Source: Octopus vulgaris (lineage: Eukaryota). Taken from it: 64,000 bases of DNA. The notes below the pieces were generated by a model. That model was not told where the DNA came from. It made no database searches and saw only the letters and a program-made list of their open reading frames with translations. Shown here piece after piece: positions 41,636-54,592 of the stretch (within the stretch, counting starts at the first letter, position 1; every line of letters starts with the position of its first letter). The stretch is taken from the NCBI GenBank assembly GCA_951406725.2, contig OX597826.1, forward strand, positions 77,252,001-77,316,000, read 5' to 3'. The position numbers were made by a program, and so were the translations under genes.

Positions 41636-42480
41636 ATTGTAGACGTGAAATGAGAATGAAAGGATAATCGTGGGGCAGTCGCTTTGAGAATATAATACTG
41701 GGAATGTGGACTAGTGAGAGGCTTAGTGGAGTCCTTGGACACAATATAGTTAGGAGTGGCAGACACGATTGAGTCGTGTGTACCTGAGTGGAGATGGCAC
41801 GAAACTAGCCAGCTCCGAGGAGCAGAAGGCCAGAGTAGGAGCGATAGAGAGAGAAGAGCACGTCTCTGAGGTTTGAGGATCGAGTCAGTTTGTGATTTTA
41901 TGCCAATCAGTCGAGTTTTTTATGAATGCATTGAGGGTTGTCTTTTGTGTGTGCAACAACAGTACGCACTATCTCATCACTTATATACAGAGACATACAT
42001 ACGCACGTGAATGCGTATGTCTGTGTGTGTGTGTGTTTGTTTGTGTGTGTGTAAATGTAGTTGTCGAGAGATAACTCCAGATCAAGCTGCAGATAAGAGA
42101 CGTAGGAGGAGTAGAAAGGCTGAACACGAAGATAATTGAGATAAGACGAGTGAATAGAAAGAGGCGATGGGAGAGGGTGCGAGAGAGAGGTTTCAGGTAA
42201 GATTAGACAAAGCTGACGTGTGGTGCCGATCATATTGTACTCTTCCTCTCTTTCTATCTCTTTCTATCTCTCCTTCTCTTTTACCTGACATATGTGAACC
42301 GTAGAAGCAGCTTGTAAACCAAGAGCGGTTCTGCGGGTTACGTTTCATTCTAAAGAAGTCTCCCTGTCTGTCTTTCTGTCTTCCGTTCTCTCTCATTGTT
42401 TTGTCTCATTGTTTTGCTTTATTCATTTTATTGCGTTTCTATTGTTTTTTTTAAAATAATTATATTTATCGTTAACTCAT

Positions 42481-43003
42481 ACCTATTTCTTTACCACCCA
42501 CAAGGGGCTAAACACAGCGGAGTCAAACAAGGACAGACACACGGATTAAGTCGATTACATCGACCCCAGTGCGTAACTGGTACTTAATTTATCGACCCCG
42601 AAAGGATGAAAGGCAAAGTTGACCTCGGCGGAATTTGAACTCAGAACGTAGCGGCAGGCGAAATACCTATTCCTTTACTACCCACAAGGGGCTAAACACA
42701 GAGGGGGCAAACAAGGACAGACAGACGGATTAAGTCGATTATATCGACCCCAGTGCGTAACTGGTACTTATTTAATTGACCCCGAAAGGATGAAAGGCAA
42801 AGTCGACCTCGGCGGAATTTGAACTCAGAATATAACGGCAGACGAAATACGGCTACGCATTTCGCCCGGCGTGCTAACGTTTCTGCCAGCTCGCCGCCTT
42901 TGTGATAGTCGACCTCGGCGGAATTCGAACTCAGAACGTAAAGAGAGACGAAGTACCGCGAAGTATTTCGCTCGGCGTGCTAACGTTTCTGCCAGCTCGC
43001 CAC
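42481..43003 (-). mobile_element. SINE family B tandem dimer (42481-42899) plus an extra head (42907-43003)
   Basis: Two ~185-bp bodies joined at gaaatacctatt. Confidence 0.9.
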
Positions 43004-43058
43004 CTATCGTTAACTCATACCTACAAGGACGTGTGTGTGTGTGCGTGTATGTGTGTGT

Positions 43059-43127
<69 letters not shown>

Positions 43128-43265
43128 TGTGCGCCAGTGCATGCGTGAGAATCTGTGTTTTTATTTTTGAATGGTTGAATTAATTCTATGAAGTGGTTGA
43201 GTGTATCGAATTCTTACTCAACATTCTATCATTGAACTTCTTCAGCTATCGAAGACTGTGTAGGG

Positions 43266-43451
43266 GCAGGCGTGGTTGTGAGGCGTTTTTTTTTTCTTGC
43301 TTTCTAATTGCATAGGTCCGGGTTACGTTCCACTACGTGGTACCTTCTTGGGTAGGTGTCATACACTCTAGCCCCAGACCGATTGAAGCTTTGGTTTGGT
43401 AGACGGAAACTGAAAGAAGCTCGTCGCGTGTGTGTGTATTTATACAGAGAA

Positions 43452-43503
<52 letters not shown>

Positions 43504-43684
43504 TGCGTGTGCTTGTGTTCGTCCCCCATCAGCGCTTGGCAATTGTTCGGCAAAAGACACCGATAGAACATGTACCAGGCTTAACAAATGAAGTACTGGG
43601 GTCCATTCATTCGACAAAATTTCTTCAATGTGGTGCCCCAGCATGGCCGCAGTCTAAAGTTTGAAACAAGTAAAAGATAAAAGA
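43266..43684 (+). mobile_element. SINE family A, diverged full length
   Basis: ggtagacggaaactgaaagaagc...(TG)n...gttcggcaaaagacaccgatagaa...cagcatggccgcagtc. Confidence 0.8.
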
Positions 43685-43783
43685 CCAAATGTATTTACTT
43701 AATTGTAGAAAGGTTCTGAATACTCTCACTACTCTTATAGAAGAAATCTGTAGAATTTGGTTTGGTAGTTCCGTTCGTCAACC

Positions 43784-44128
43784 GAAGGAAGGAAGGTAGG
43801 TAGGAAGGAAGGAAGGAAGGAAGGAAGGAAGGAAGGAAGGAAGGAAGGAAGGAAGAGGAGAAAGAAGGAAGGAAGGTAGGTAGGAAGGAAGGAAGGAAGG
43901 AAGGAAGGAAGGAAGGAAGGAAGGAAGGAAGGAAGAGGAGAAAGAAGAAAGGAAAAGAAGGAAAGAAAGAAGGAAAGAAAGAAAGGAAAGAAAGAAAGGA
44001 AAGAAAGAAAGAAAAAAGAAAGAAAGAAAAAAGAAAGAAAGAAAGAAAGAAGGAAAGAAGAAAGGAAGGAAGAAAGTAGAAAAGGAAGGAAAACAGAAGG
44101 AAAGACAGAAGGAAAGAAAACAAAAAGG
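43784..44128. repeat. (GGAA)n/(GAAA)n polypurine tract
   Basis: ~340 bp of almost pure purine on the plus strand. Confidence 0.95.
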
Positions 44129-44598
44129 ATAGCCCAGTGTTAAAAACTTTGCCACCTCAGACAAAAACATCAACAAACCAAAATGATAATGTCTCACGCA
44201 TAATTTGTTTTTTATTGCCATTTCTCAGAGGTGACCGCTTCGCTTAATTTCCCATTGCCCCCCCCCCACCCACCTCTCTTCCCCCCTGTCTTTTAAACAC
44301 AACCACTCACACCCTTTCTTCTTTCCAGCTTCCTTTCCATATTGCACTCTGTCTTTGTTTTCCATAGGAGTCTAGGTTTCTGCATCCATGTGTGTGTGTG
44401 GTGGGGGGAGGGGTTAGTGCTTGTTTCTTTCTTTCTTGTCTTATTGTAATTGTCTTCTTCAGGTATCATAATTGGAGGTGGGTCATCGCGCTGGCAGAGA
44501 TGATGGAGATGTGGAAGATCCAGTGTCACTAAACTAAATAGTTACCTCAGAGCTGGGACGGTGGGGATGGTAACAAGAACACCAATAGCAGCGGTTTG

Positions 44599-44630
<32 letters not shown>

Positions 44631-44754
44631 ATTAATATTTATAATAGTAATAGTAGTAGTAGTCATATTTGTTATGGTAGTAAAAGCTAGTGGTAGCGAT
44701 GTTTTGAGGTGATGGTTTCTTAGCAAGTTTGTACGAAGTACGATAGCATTGGTT

Positions 44755-45150
44755 TCCAATTCTGGAACAAGGCCAGCAATATTGGGGGAGGGGTAAATTG
44801 ATTGTATCGATCCCGGTGTTCTTGACTAGTATTTATTAAAAATGCCTTTCGAACCCGAAAAGATGAAAGTCAAAGTCAACCTCGGCGGGATTCGAACACA
44901 GAACATAAAGATAACCAAAAGACTGTTATTTCTATAAATATTATATATTTCTTTATTGCCCGCAAGGGGCTAAACATAGAGAGGAAAAATAAGGACAGAC
45001 AAAGGGATTAAGTCGATTACATCGACCCCAGTGCGAAACTGGTACTTTTATTTATCGACCCCGAAAGGATGAAAGGCAAAGTCGACCTCGGCGAGATTCG
45101 AACACAGAACATAAAGATAAACAAAACGCTGTTATTACTATAAATATTAT
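44755..45150 (-). mobile_element. Two partial SINE family B units in tandem
   Basis: cccgaaa.gatgaaag.caaagtc.acctcggcg.gattcgaacacagaacataaagataa occurs twice. Confidence 0.8.
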
Positions 45151-45732
45151 AGTTTTTTTTAAAATTTAGGTAGGAAAGAAGAGGCGATGCTCACAGCTAT
45201 TTCGGTATCCGTTTGTCCATTTATTGTCTCAGAAGAATGCAGAAAGTTATCCTTAAACTGGAAACTCTTTCGTATGTGTACGACAGACTGATGTCTGCAA
45301 ATCTGCAAAAACAATCAAGGTACCCAGACCACTGTAAGATTATAGACGTAGAAGTGTGTGTGTGTATCCGAATCTATCTGTCAGTTTCTCTCTATCCCTC
45401 TCCTTCTCTCTCTATCACACACGGACACACACTCACACACATACAAACGTCGTACGGGCAATTGAACACGCAACGGCTTTGCGCATTTTTAATTCTTACT
45501 GTTAGAGAAAAATAAAGGAAAATGTATTATTGATATTTATCGTCGTAATATCATTTTATTTTCATTCATATGTGATCAATTGTCTTTTTAACAGGCAAAC
45601 ACACGTACGCGAGCAGACAGGCGCGCGCGCACATACACACATATATAGACACACAGGTATATGCTTATATATATATATGTGCGGGTCTGGGTGTAACCAT
45701 CTGAATATATGCACTATATATATGTTGGATCT

Positions 45733-45914
45733 TTAGCCCCTACACGCAATTTTTTTCTCTCCTTGTTTCTTTTCTGTGTATCTTTCTGTCGAAGAGCGTA
45801 GGCTCGAAACGTAAAAGACTTGTTCTATTTCTATTCCTGAGCGCCATACTAATACAATTGTTTGTTTGTACTCCACCTGCCTTCGCCTTTTGTTTATTTT
45901 CGTAAACCTTACCG

Positions 45915-45916
<2 letters not shown>
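45733..45916 (+). mobile_element. Short HHR-bearing element, family F, followed by (TA)n
   Basis: Near-identical to 3933-4140 (minus). Confidence 0.85.
45781..45818 (+). ncRNA. Minimal type-I hammerhead-like fold, variant core CUGUCGA
   Basis: ucuuu CUGUCGA a gagc-guag-gcuc GAAA cg UA aaaga; 5-bp stem I, 4-bp stem II, ACGU palindromic stem III. Confidence 0.55.
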
Positions 45917-45960
<44 letters not shown>

Positions 45961-46078
45961 GTTCAATTCTGCTAAGGGTTCACTCATCATTTTTCGGTCA
46001 TTTGTATGTATTTAAAAATTGTCGCTTCAAATCGGAGATTAAATATTTTTATTATTATATATTATCATATAGTTATAC

Positions 46079-46181
<103 letters not shown>

Positions 46182-46190
46182 GTATGTATG

Positions 46191-46314
<124 letters not shown>

Positions 46315-46834
46315 ATGTATATATGTAAGTATGAATGTATGTATGTATGTATGTATGTGTGTATATTATGAATGGCGGAAATGGCAGGTGATTTTCACGT
46401 CTATTCGATTGCTACACCGATTTTCTTTGGAATATATGACAAAGCTCAAAGGCTGGAACTAATGGTATTTGAGAGATGGGAACAGTTGAGAGAGAGAGAA
46501 AGAGAAAGAGAGAGAGAGAGGAGGGATGAGAGAGAAACAATGAGAGAAAGAGAGGATGTGATGATGGGGAGGAGGGGAGGTTAATTATTGAAAACTAGAG
46601 AGCAATGTAATTTTCATTAAATTTCTGGAAATAACATTCATTTAGTCATCATAACCAGCATTATCATCACAGTCGTCATCACCACCATCATCATCATCAC
46701 CACCACCACCACCACTAGTGACTCCACTTATTGTCCTCCACATTATCATCATCATTATCAATAATTTCCAACAGTATTCACAACTTCATCGCCGTCATTT
46801 TTCTTTCTCACCGCTGTGCCCTCACTTTGGTCGT

Positions 46835-46904
46835 CGTTATCATCATCATCATCCTCAACATCATCATTATCCTCCTCATCATCATCAACATTATCATCAT
46901 CATT

Positions 46905-46947
<43 letters not shown>

Positions 46948-46955
46948 CTATCACC

Positions 46956-47013
<58 letters not shown>

Positions 47014-47020
47014 CCATTAT
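46835..47020. repeat. (CAT)n microsatellite
   Basis: Direct reading; source of the poly-His/Asp/Ser pseudo-ORFs. Confidence 0.95.
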
Positions 47021-47296
47021 CAGGATCACCACCGTAACCACTATTATCGCTTTTACCTTCTTTCCACATTCCGATTTTCATCTTAACCATCGTCTTCGTC
47101 GTCGTTTTCGTCATCGAAGTATATCATCTTCATCATCATCATCACCATCAACTCTTTATCATTGATACTAGCATAAAAGTCGCTCAGCAGATGATACAAG
47201 GGCCACGAGTGCCATTCTGTTTTTAAAGCAGTGGTCAGGGATTTAAGATATTATCCATTGTTATTAATATCGATATCACTGTCATTATCGTCAGCG

Positions 47297-47361
<65 letters not shown>

Positions 47362-47377
47362 GTCATATTGTACTTAT

Positions 47378-47651
47378 AGGTGCAAGCGTGGTAGTGTGAT
47401 AAGAAGCTGGATTCCCAACCACATGGTTCCGGGTTCGGTCCTGCTGCATGACACCTTGGACAAGAGTTTTCTACTATAGCCTCGGGCCGACCAAAACCTT
47501 GTCAGTGAATTTCTTGTGTGTGAGTAGGTGAGTGCGGGTGTTAGATATTGTGTGTGTGTGTGCGTGTGTGCTTTTGTGTATTTGTTCCCACCACCACTTT
47601 GTCTATATCCCCATAATGTAGCGGTTTGGCAAAAAGGCTCCGATAGAATAT
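47378..47651 (+). mobile_element. SINE family A, diverged and 3'-truncated
   Basis: caaccacatggttccgggttcggtcc...ctactatagcctcgggccgacc...cgatagaata. Confidence 0.75.
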
Positions 47652-48341
47652 CTACCGTTCGGTCCCACAGTCTAATTTGTTACTGCCACTCTCCTTGTCC
47701 CTTACATTATACTTTCTCCCGTCGTTCATCTATCTTATCGCCTCGTCTACAAACCTCTAGCTTAAGTTATTGACGCCATCCAAACTGAACAATTTTGTCG
47801 GAAGGTGACGAAATCGTGATGCTATTCAACGACAACTGATGAGGGGGAGAGTTCTTTTAAGTTCATTTTATTTTTCCCGTCTTCCCCTTACGTATTAGCT
47901 TTTCCATTATTATATACATGGAGATGTTAGTATACATACATTTATTCATACAATATCTATATTGTGTGTCTGTGCGTATAAATTATATACGTATATATGT
48001 GTGTATATACGTATGTATATACACACATATATACGTATATAATAATGCAAACATACGCAAAAATACGTATGTTTGCATACACATACATATATCAGCAAAG
48101 AAAGATAAATAAAGAATGAGAGATATATAATATATACTTATTGATTTGTACAAATATGCCTGCGTATATAATCATATGTCGTATGTATGTAGACATTAGA
48201 TATTCGCCTATACGCTTAAGCATAGACACGTATACAGAGATACGAATAGTTGCATGTGTGTATATATATATATTTCCTGAGCGTCCAATAACACTATATA
48301 TATATATACTTTATTTAAAGCAGCAGAAAATTCAACAAAAT

Positions 48342-48379
48342 CTGTTACTCCGAGTTTCACGTTGCCGTTCATCGGACAG
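48342..48379 (-). ncRNA. Type-I hammerhead fold, core CCGAUGA, GCAA-capped stem II
   Basis: cugu CCGAUGA acg-gcaa-cgu GAAA cuc-g-gag UA acag. Confidence 0.65.
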
Positions 48380-48395
48380 TTTTTTCTAGCAAAAA

Positions 48396-48433
48396 CTGTC
48401 CGATGAACGGCAACGGGAAACTCAGAGTAACAG
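48396..48433 (+). ncRNA. Mirror hammerhead fold on the opposite strand (one stem II mismatch)
   Basis: cugu CCGAUGA acg-gcaa-cgg GAAA cuc-a-gag UA acag. Confidence 0.55.
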
Positions 48434-48654
48434 GTTTTGTTGAATTTTCTGCTGCTTTAAATAAAGCATATTACTCTACCACTGGTATTTGAGTACTCTT
48501 TTTTCCACCTTGTTTCACATTTATGTGTTTACTCCGGTATATATATATATAGGTTTGTATGTTAATATATCGGTGTGTGTGTATATGTGTGCGAACGTGT
48601 GTTTAGCTATAATATGTAATATATATATAGATAGATAGATAGATAGATAGATAT

Positions 48655-48717
<63 letters not shown>

Positions 48718-49244
48718 TGTATGTATACATAAAAATAGGTATTGATATTTACTTACACACGTAGCTTTATTGAAGCGGACCAGCTGTCCGAATAATAAGA
48801 GATTTTTCTCAGCATGAAAATTATTTAATATTCTTGGCCAAGATTTTGGATCGTGTTGTGAGGGCAAAAGGTTGGTATGGTGTATAAGACGGGTTTGAAG
48901 ATTTGGGAGGCGATGTAGGTGTGCTCGTAGCGGTGTTACGTGACAGTGGATGTGGTTTTAATAGATAGGGATGGAGACTCGTTTCCTTTACTAATTATCT
49001 TTTAATATATAATTAGTTTCATGACGCCCCCTATGGGGCGATCCACTTGTAACACTCAAGGTAGGCAATCACAAAATCATAACTATTTTATGTGTGCGTG
49101 TGTATTATGTATGTGAATATATATATATATATGTGTGTGTGTGTGTCTGTCTGTGTGTGTGTGTGTGTGTGCGTGTGGTGTGTGTGTGTGTGTGTGCGTG
49201 CGTGGGTGTATGTGTGGTGTTTGTATATATGTGGGGAGGGATGG

Positions 49245-49621
49245 AGACGCAATGGCCAAGTGGTTAGAGCAGCGGACTCGCGGTCGTAGGATCACCGTTT
49301 CGATTCCCAGACCGGGCGTTGCGAGTTTTTATTGAGCGAAAACACTTAAAGCTCCACGAGGCTACGGCAGGGGACAGTGGCGAACCCTGCTGTATTCTTT
49401 CACCACTACTGTCTCTCACTCTTTCTTCCTGCTTTTGCTCTACCTGAATTTCAAATGGCCAGCTTTGTCACACTCTTTGTAACGCCGAATCTCCCCGAGA
49501 AGTACGTTAAGGGTACACGTGTCTGTGGAGTGCTCGGCCGCTTGAATGTTAATTTCACGAGCAGGCTATTCCGCTGATCGGATCAACTGGAACCCTCGTC
49601 CTCGTATGCGACGGAGTGCCA
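49245..49621 (+). mobile_element. SINE family C, full length
   Basis: tggccaagtggttagagcagcggactcgcggtcgtaggatc...gtttcgattccc head; tail ...gacggagtgcca. Confidence 0.9.
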
Positions 49622-49627
49622 TGATGT

Positions 49628-49682
<55 letters not shown>

Positions 49683-51039
49683 ATTTTAAAATAGTGTATA
49701 TTTAAACACAAAAGAAAATTACCCATTAACAGGTAATTTTTACATGCTAGAAATAGCAGCCAACATGGCCAAAACCACGATTTGATAGCAGTTTTCGAAA
49801 GAATTGAAAAATAAAAACTTTTACCTTGTTATTTATTATCGGTTATACCATGATTTCGAAATTTCTTTAGGAAACAATATTATTTGCCATCCTTTAATAG
49901 GTAATTTAGCAAGACAATATTATCCACCAGGCGAATTCTCGTCAGTAACCGGCCTCAATAACTAACTTATAATTCAGAGACAAGAACACGTGTCCCGTCA
50001 TTATATGTGATAATTTTTCAAAACTCTGCGCGCAGGCGCATTTGCAGTCAGCAATAAATACAAAGCAGAGCCAAATCTTCGAGAATGCTAAGAATATATT
50101 CATAAGATACATATATAGGGTAGCGAATATTCGTTATGAATATCACCACCAGTTGTCTAACATGTATAAATAGTCAACACAAGCATACACACGCACATTT
50201 AACATAAATGCATGTTACATGTGTTGTGTTTGTATTTATATACATCTCTACACTCATCACTGATGTACATATCCTGTGAATTGAATCCTACAAGCTTTCT
50301 GAGAGAAGGTGGATGCTGACAAGAAAACATGACTCCTTTTTCGATCAAATTGCCAACAATTTCTTTTTATATTTCACCATGATGAATTTCAAGAAAACTT
50401 TATTTTCGTAAACCATCTATAAGTAGTGACTACAGAGAAAGAGGGTCGACCAAACTGGAGAGTAACGATTTCTAGCAGGTCTAGAATCCATGTAGAAGCT
50501 ACGTTTCTTTATGTTGTTCCTGCCAAGGAGAATCTTTGTCAAGTAGGTCTATAATTAATGACGTTCCCACCGTGACCTTACAACATTTTTTCACGTTTAA
50601 TGTTTCTAGTTGTACATTAAGAAAGTGTGATTCTATTTTTAAGATCTGAAGCCGGAGATTTGGTTGCTATTTCTAGTAAGTCAATTCTCTTCTTTGGATT
50701 GATTCAATATGATCTGTACTCATAAGTGAGAACTGAAAGAAATTCAGAACAATTTAAGACGCAAACCCAAGAAGTATATTTGTTTCGTTCTCATAATAAT
50801 CATTTAAACGTTACCCGCAGGTCTGTTTCTCATGAGTCAATAACGGAACACACTTCCTATTAAAGATGGTGTAAAGCGGGAGACGCTCCAACCGGATTAC
50901 TTAATTCGAAGTGCCTTAGTGCTTGATAGATACTGTATAATATGTCAACTTCTGGTCTCAAGTTGTAATTATGCAGTAAGATGATGCTCTAGGTGTACAG
51001 ATATATGTACTTTGGTAAAAAATGAGTTGGGAGGTAAAA

Positions 51040-51378
51040 AGAAAGAATCTGAAAATGTTTGGAGTGCCTGTTTCATCGAGCGAAATTCTTGTGAATAATA
51101 GTTATTGTTGCAAGGATGGCAAATCATTCTGTTCCAGAGCAAGTGGCATTGGTGTAGAAGTGCGAAATCGTAGAAGAATTTTTGACATTGTAGTTGTCAA
51201 GGAAGATAACTTTAGAAACGGGTGGAGTGAAATATTTTTCCTCTCTACACAAAGAAATATGATTGTGGGTTAAAGGAATCCAGAAGCAGTATCGGTCTAA
51301 TTTAGAGGAGTGAAGAACGGAGGCTTCCAGCCAGAATTGCTGGAATAAATGTTGCTGATATATAGATGAGAGAGATGA

Positions 51379-51413
<35 letters not shown>

Positions 51414-51630
51414 TAAATGCGAGCAAAAACTATTTTATAATGGTAATTTTCTGAATAGATTGGATCCTGGTTAGTACAATATGATAAAGATAAGTGATAA
51501 GATATTTGCCTCTGGGAGAGGAAGAAGAGCTGTGAGTGAGGCGTTAGGAGCAGTGTAATGTGCTGGGACCACGTTTGATCGGAGTCCATAAGTGTTTGTG
51601 AAATGTTGGTGACTTGTGAGTTTAACATTA
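51040..51630 (-). pseudogene. Decayed Penelope-like reverse transcriptase remnant
   Basis: Minus strand VIFLDNY...HFYTNAT, CHP...YYSQEFR and an upstream MD...GP-like segment; resemble PLE RT motifs FLD / S.HP / PYSQ..R. Confidence 0.45.
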
Positions 51631-53149
51631 TTTAGCGAGTTAAACATTATTTAGTAACATTGTCGTTATCATAAGGCTTTGGTTTATGTTTTGGTTTGTT
51701 TGTAAGTGAAGGGGAAGTGTAAATCACGGGTTATCAGTCGTCACTAACCGCTACTTTGATCTTTCGAAGTCGTCCATCTGATTGATTGTTACAGCGAATG
51801 AGCTACAAATCATGTTCTCGTTAGAACACAGTCGCAAACTGAAGGTTAATGGGAAGCGGGATGATGCACAAGCCATTGAACAGCTTCTTAAGAAATTCCC
51901 CATGGGGTCCTCTCCTACCCTTATCTAGCGATTGGCGTCCACCAGTCAGCAAACAGCGGCGTCGCATATAGAAAAGTTAAATTGGAATTGGCACATCAAG
52001 AGTTCGGCCGGAAGCTGTTTGAATTCTTGCACCAGTATGAACCAATTGCCCTGCGACATGTTGGGCCGCCCTAAAATAAATTGTGTATACTTCATTTCAG
52101 TTATATCGCATTTCACTTGAGAAATTCATGAACGTCATATAATCACATATTCACCACTTATAAACCGGAGTGGAATAGATTCTGCAGACATTACTTGCTT
52201 CAGTTGCCCTACAAAGAGTGGTTGGTGTAGTCCTTTACTGAGATTTGTTGAGTAAAAATGATTTACTGGGACATCGTGCCTATCCAGTTTCTATATTTGA
52301 TCAACTTGGCCTCTGAATTATATTTGAGGGGATATATGACTGATCGACTCTTATCATTTTCTCAAAATTAAATGAAGTGAAACAACAGAATCCAGGATTT
52401 GAAACATCACAAATGTGGGTTCATGTACACTTGAGAACTAATGCTTTCCGTATGATACACTATATTGCAATATTTATGTTTTCATAGAAAAGAATGGCAA
52501 TTCCTAATTACAGATAGAATAGTGTCCATTGGTATTGGCGCAGTAAGTCTAAAGTTGTCCAGAACGAAACCGAAACCGTCGACATCTTACGTTTACGAAG
52601 GTTTCAGATTTTATTGGTAAAAGAGAACAACTGGAAAGTGAAGAATTGATACGCGACTGCGTGCCGTTCGCGCTTTCTGATCACTATTAATCACATAATA
52701 CAAGCAGTGACCGTAGACATCGAAACGGATCATTGACTATACACGGCTCCTGCGAGCATATTCCACGCAGCCTATTAGAATACTCTTCTCAGCATGTTCT
52801 GCTCTTCTTGACTTAGTTTATTTCTACTCAGACTTCTCCATTCGGGTCTTTTCAGATAAGCTTGAATTGTTTTGTTTCTTTTTAGATTCAGATTCACTTT
52901 GCTCGGTAGGACCGGCTCAGCGTAACTCTGCTCATTTTGCCCCACTCGGCTTAGCTCTTCCCGGCTCAGTATGTTCAACTCAGCTTTTCTCTGCCCAGTC
53001 TGTTCGGTTTAGCGTGCCTAGTTTACTTTGCTCTGCTTTTCTTTGCTCAATTTCATTCTACTCAGCTCGGTTCAGCTCGGTTCATCAGATTAGCTGAACT
53101 CCACTCACTGCTTCAGCACCGAGACCTCCCCCGTCACTTCTATTAAACT

Positions 53150-53546
53150 CTTTTTACTCATTTTACTTTTACTTTTTTCAGTCATGTGACTGTGGCCATG
53201 CTGGAGCACCGCCTTTAGTTGAGCAAATCAACCCCAGGACTTATTCTTTGTAAGCCTAGTACTTATTCTATCGGTCTCTTTTGCCGAACCGCTAAGTTAC
53301 GGGGACGTAAACACACCAGCATCCGTTGTCAAGCGATGTTGGGGGGACAAACACAGACACACAAACACACACACATACATATACACATATATACGACGGG
53401 TTTCTTTCAGCTTCCGCCTATCAAATCCACTCACAAGGTTTTGATCGGCCCGAGGCTATTGTAGAAGACACTTGCCCAAGGTGCTAAGCAGTGGGACTGA
53501 ACCCGGAATCATGTGGTTGGTAAGCAAGCTACTTACCACACAGCCA
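53150..53546 (-). mobile_element. SINE family A, full length, young
   Basis: High identity to 62165-62525 and 22622-23044. Confidence 0.92.
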
Positions 53547-53571
53547 ACTTTATTAATATCCATTCTACTAG

Positions 53572-53710
53572 AGGTACAAGGACTGAAGTTTGTGGTCTAG
53601 TCGATTACATCGACCCCAAAGTCGACCTCGGCGGAAATTGAACGCAGAACATAAAGCCGTACGAAACGCTGCGAAGTATTTTGTGCAGCCTGCTAACGAT
53701 TCCGCCATCT
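53572..53710 (-). mobile_element. SINE family B, internally deleted
   Basis: gtcgattacatcgaccccaaagtcgacctcggcggaa. Confidence 0.7.
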
Positions 53711-54527
53711 CGTCATCTTAAATACGACGTTGAAATGATATTTATTGTTTTCGTTGGGCTTTTGTCTCGTTAAATAAAACACACATAAAAAGCCACAAAG
53801 CAAACACACAAACAAATGCAACACACGCACAAACACACTAAGAGTCACACGTGAATACATATAGACAAGTGCACACGTATCTAGAAACGCCCGCCCGCCC
53901 GCCCGCACCGATACATGCATGCACACAGACTCACAGGATTTTGTAAAGAAAGGAAAGAATGAAGAGGTGTGTATGGAGGAAGAAGAAGAAGAAAGAGAAG
54001 AGAATGAAGAAAGAGAAGAAGAGGGAAGGGCAGTAAACAAATTAATCAGCGTCCTTCGTTAATTGTTTCATGGATTAATTGGATTTCCATTGGCCTTTCT
54101 CATTAAAGCCTTCAGGATAATGAGAAACATGTTGAAATGTATGGATAATGAGCTATGATGAAGGGAGTGGGGGGAGCGGGCAGAGTGGAAAAAGAGAGGA
54201 GAAGGGAGAGGAGAATGCAGAAGGCGGTGATGGCGACGATGATGATGATGATGATAATAAGGAGGATGGCGGTGGTTGGGACGACGACAATAACGACATT
54301 GACGATGAAGATGATGATGATGCATAATGAGGAGGAGGAGAAGGAGGAGGAGGAGAAGGAGGAGGAGGAGAAGGAGGAGGAGGAGAAGGAGGAGGAGGAG
54401 AAGGAGGAGGAGGAGAGGAGGTGGTGAGCTGAGAAAGAAATGATAATACAAAGCAATGATTATAACAATAACATTGATTATAACAACAACAACAACAATA
54501 ACGAATTTTGATAATTATAATGATAAA

Positions 54528-54592
<65 letters not shown>

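Larger units (their letters stand above)
48309..48466. repeat. ~158-bp near-perfect palindrome (PLE-like inverted terminal structure); right arm continues to ~48538
   Basis: 48309-48385 is the reverse complement of 48391-48466 with about 3 mismatches; ctagc spacer; flanked by (TA)n. Confidence 0.9.

Noticed and set aside
48770-48960. Possible further GIY-YIG remnant on the minus strand (TYIA...LQTRLIHH)
   Set aside because: Motif match is too fragmentary to list as a feature without a search
49245-49320. tRNA genes at SINE heads (also 32818, 35351, 55390-55460, 61860-61928)
   Set aside because: A and B boxes are present, but there is no proper acceptor stem and each continues into a shared SINE body
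51790-51930. Short open frame ANELQIMFSLEHSRKLK...PTLI* as a possible exon
   Set aside because: No recognisable homology, weak acceptor context, and a length expected by chance
52900-53110. Degenerate pentamer-like (ctcag/ctcgg) low-complexity stretch
   Set aside because: No consistent period or termini; treated as a decayed simple repeat
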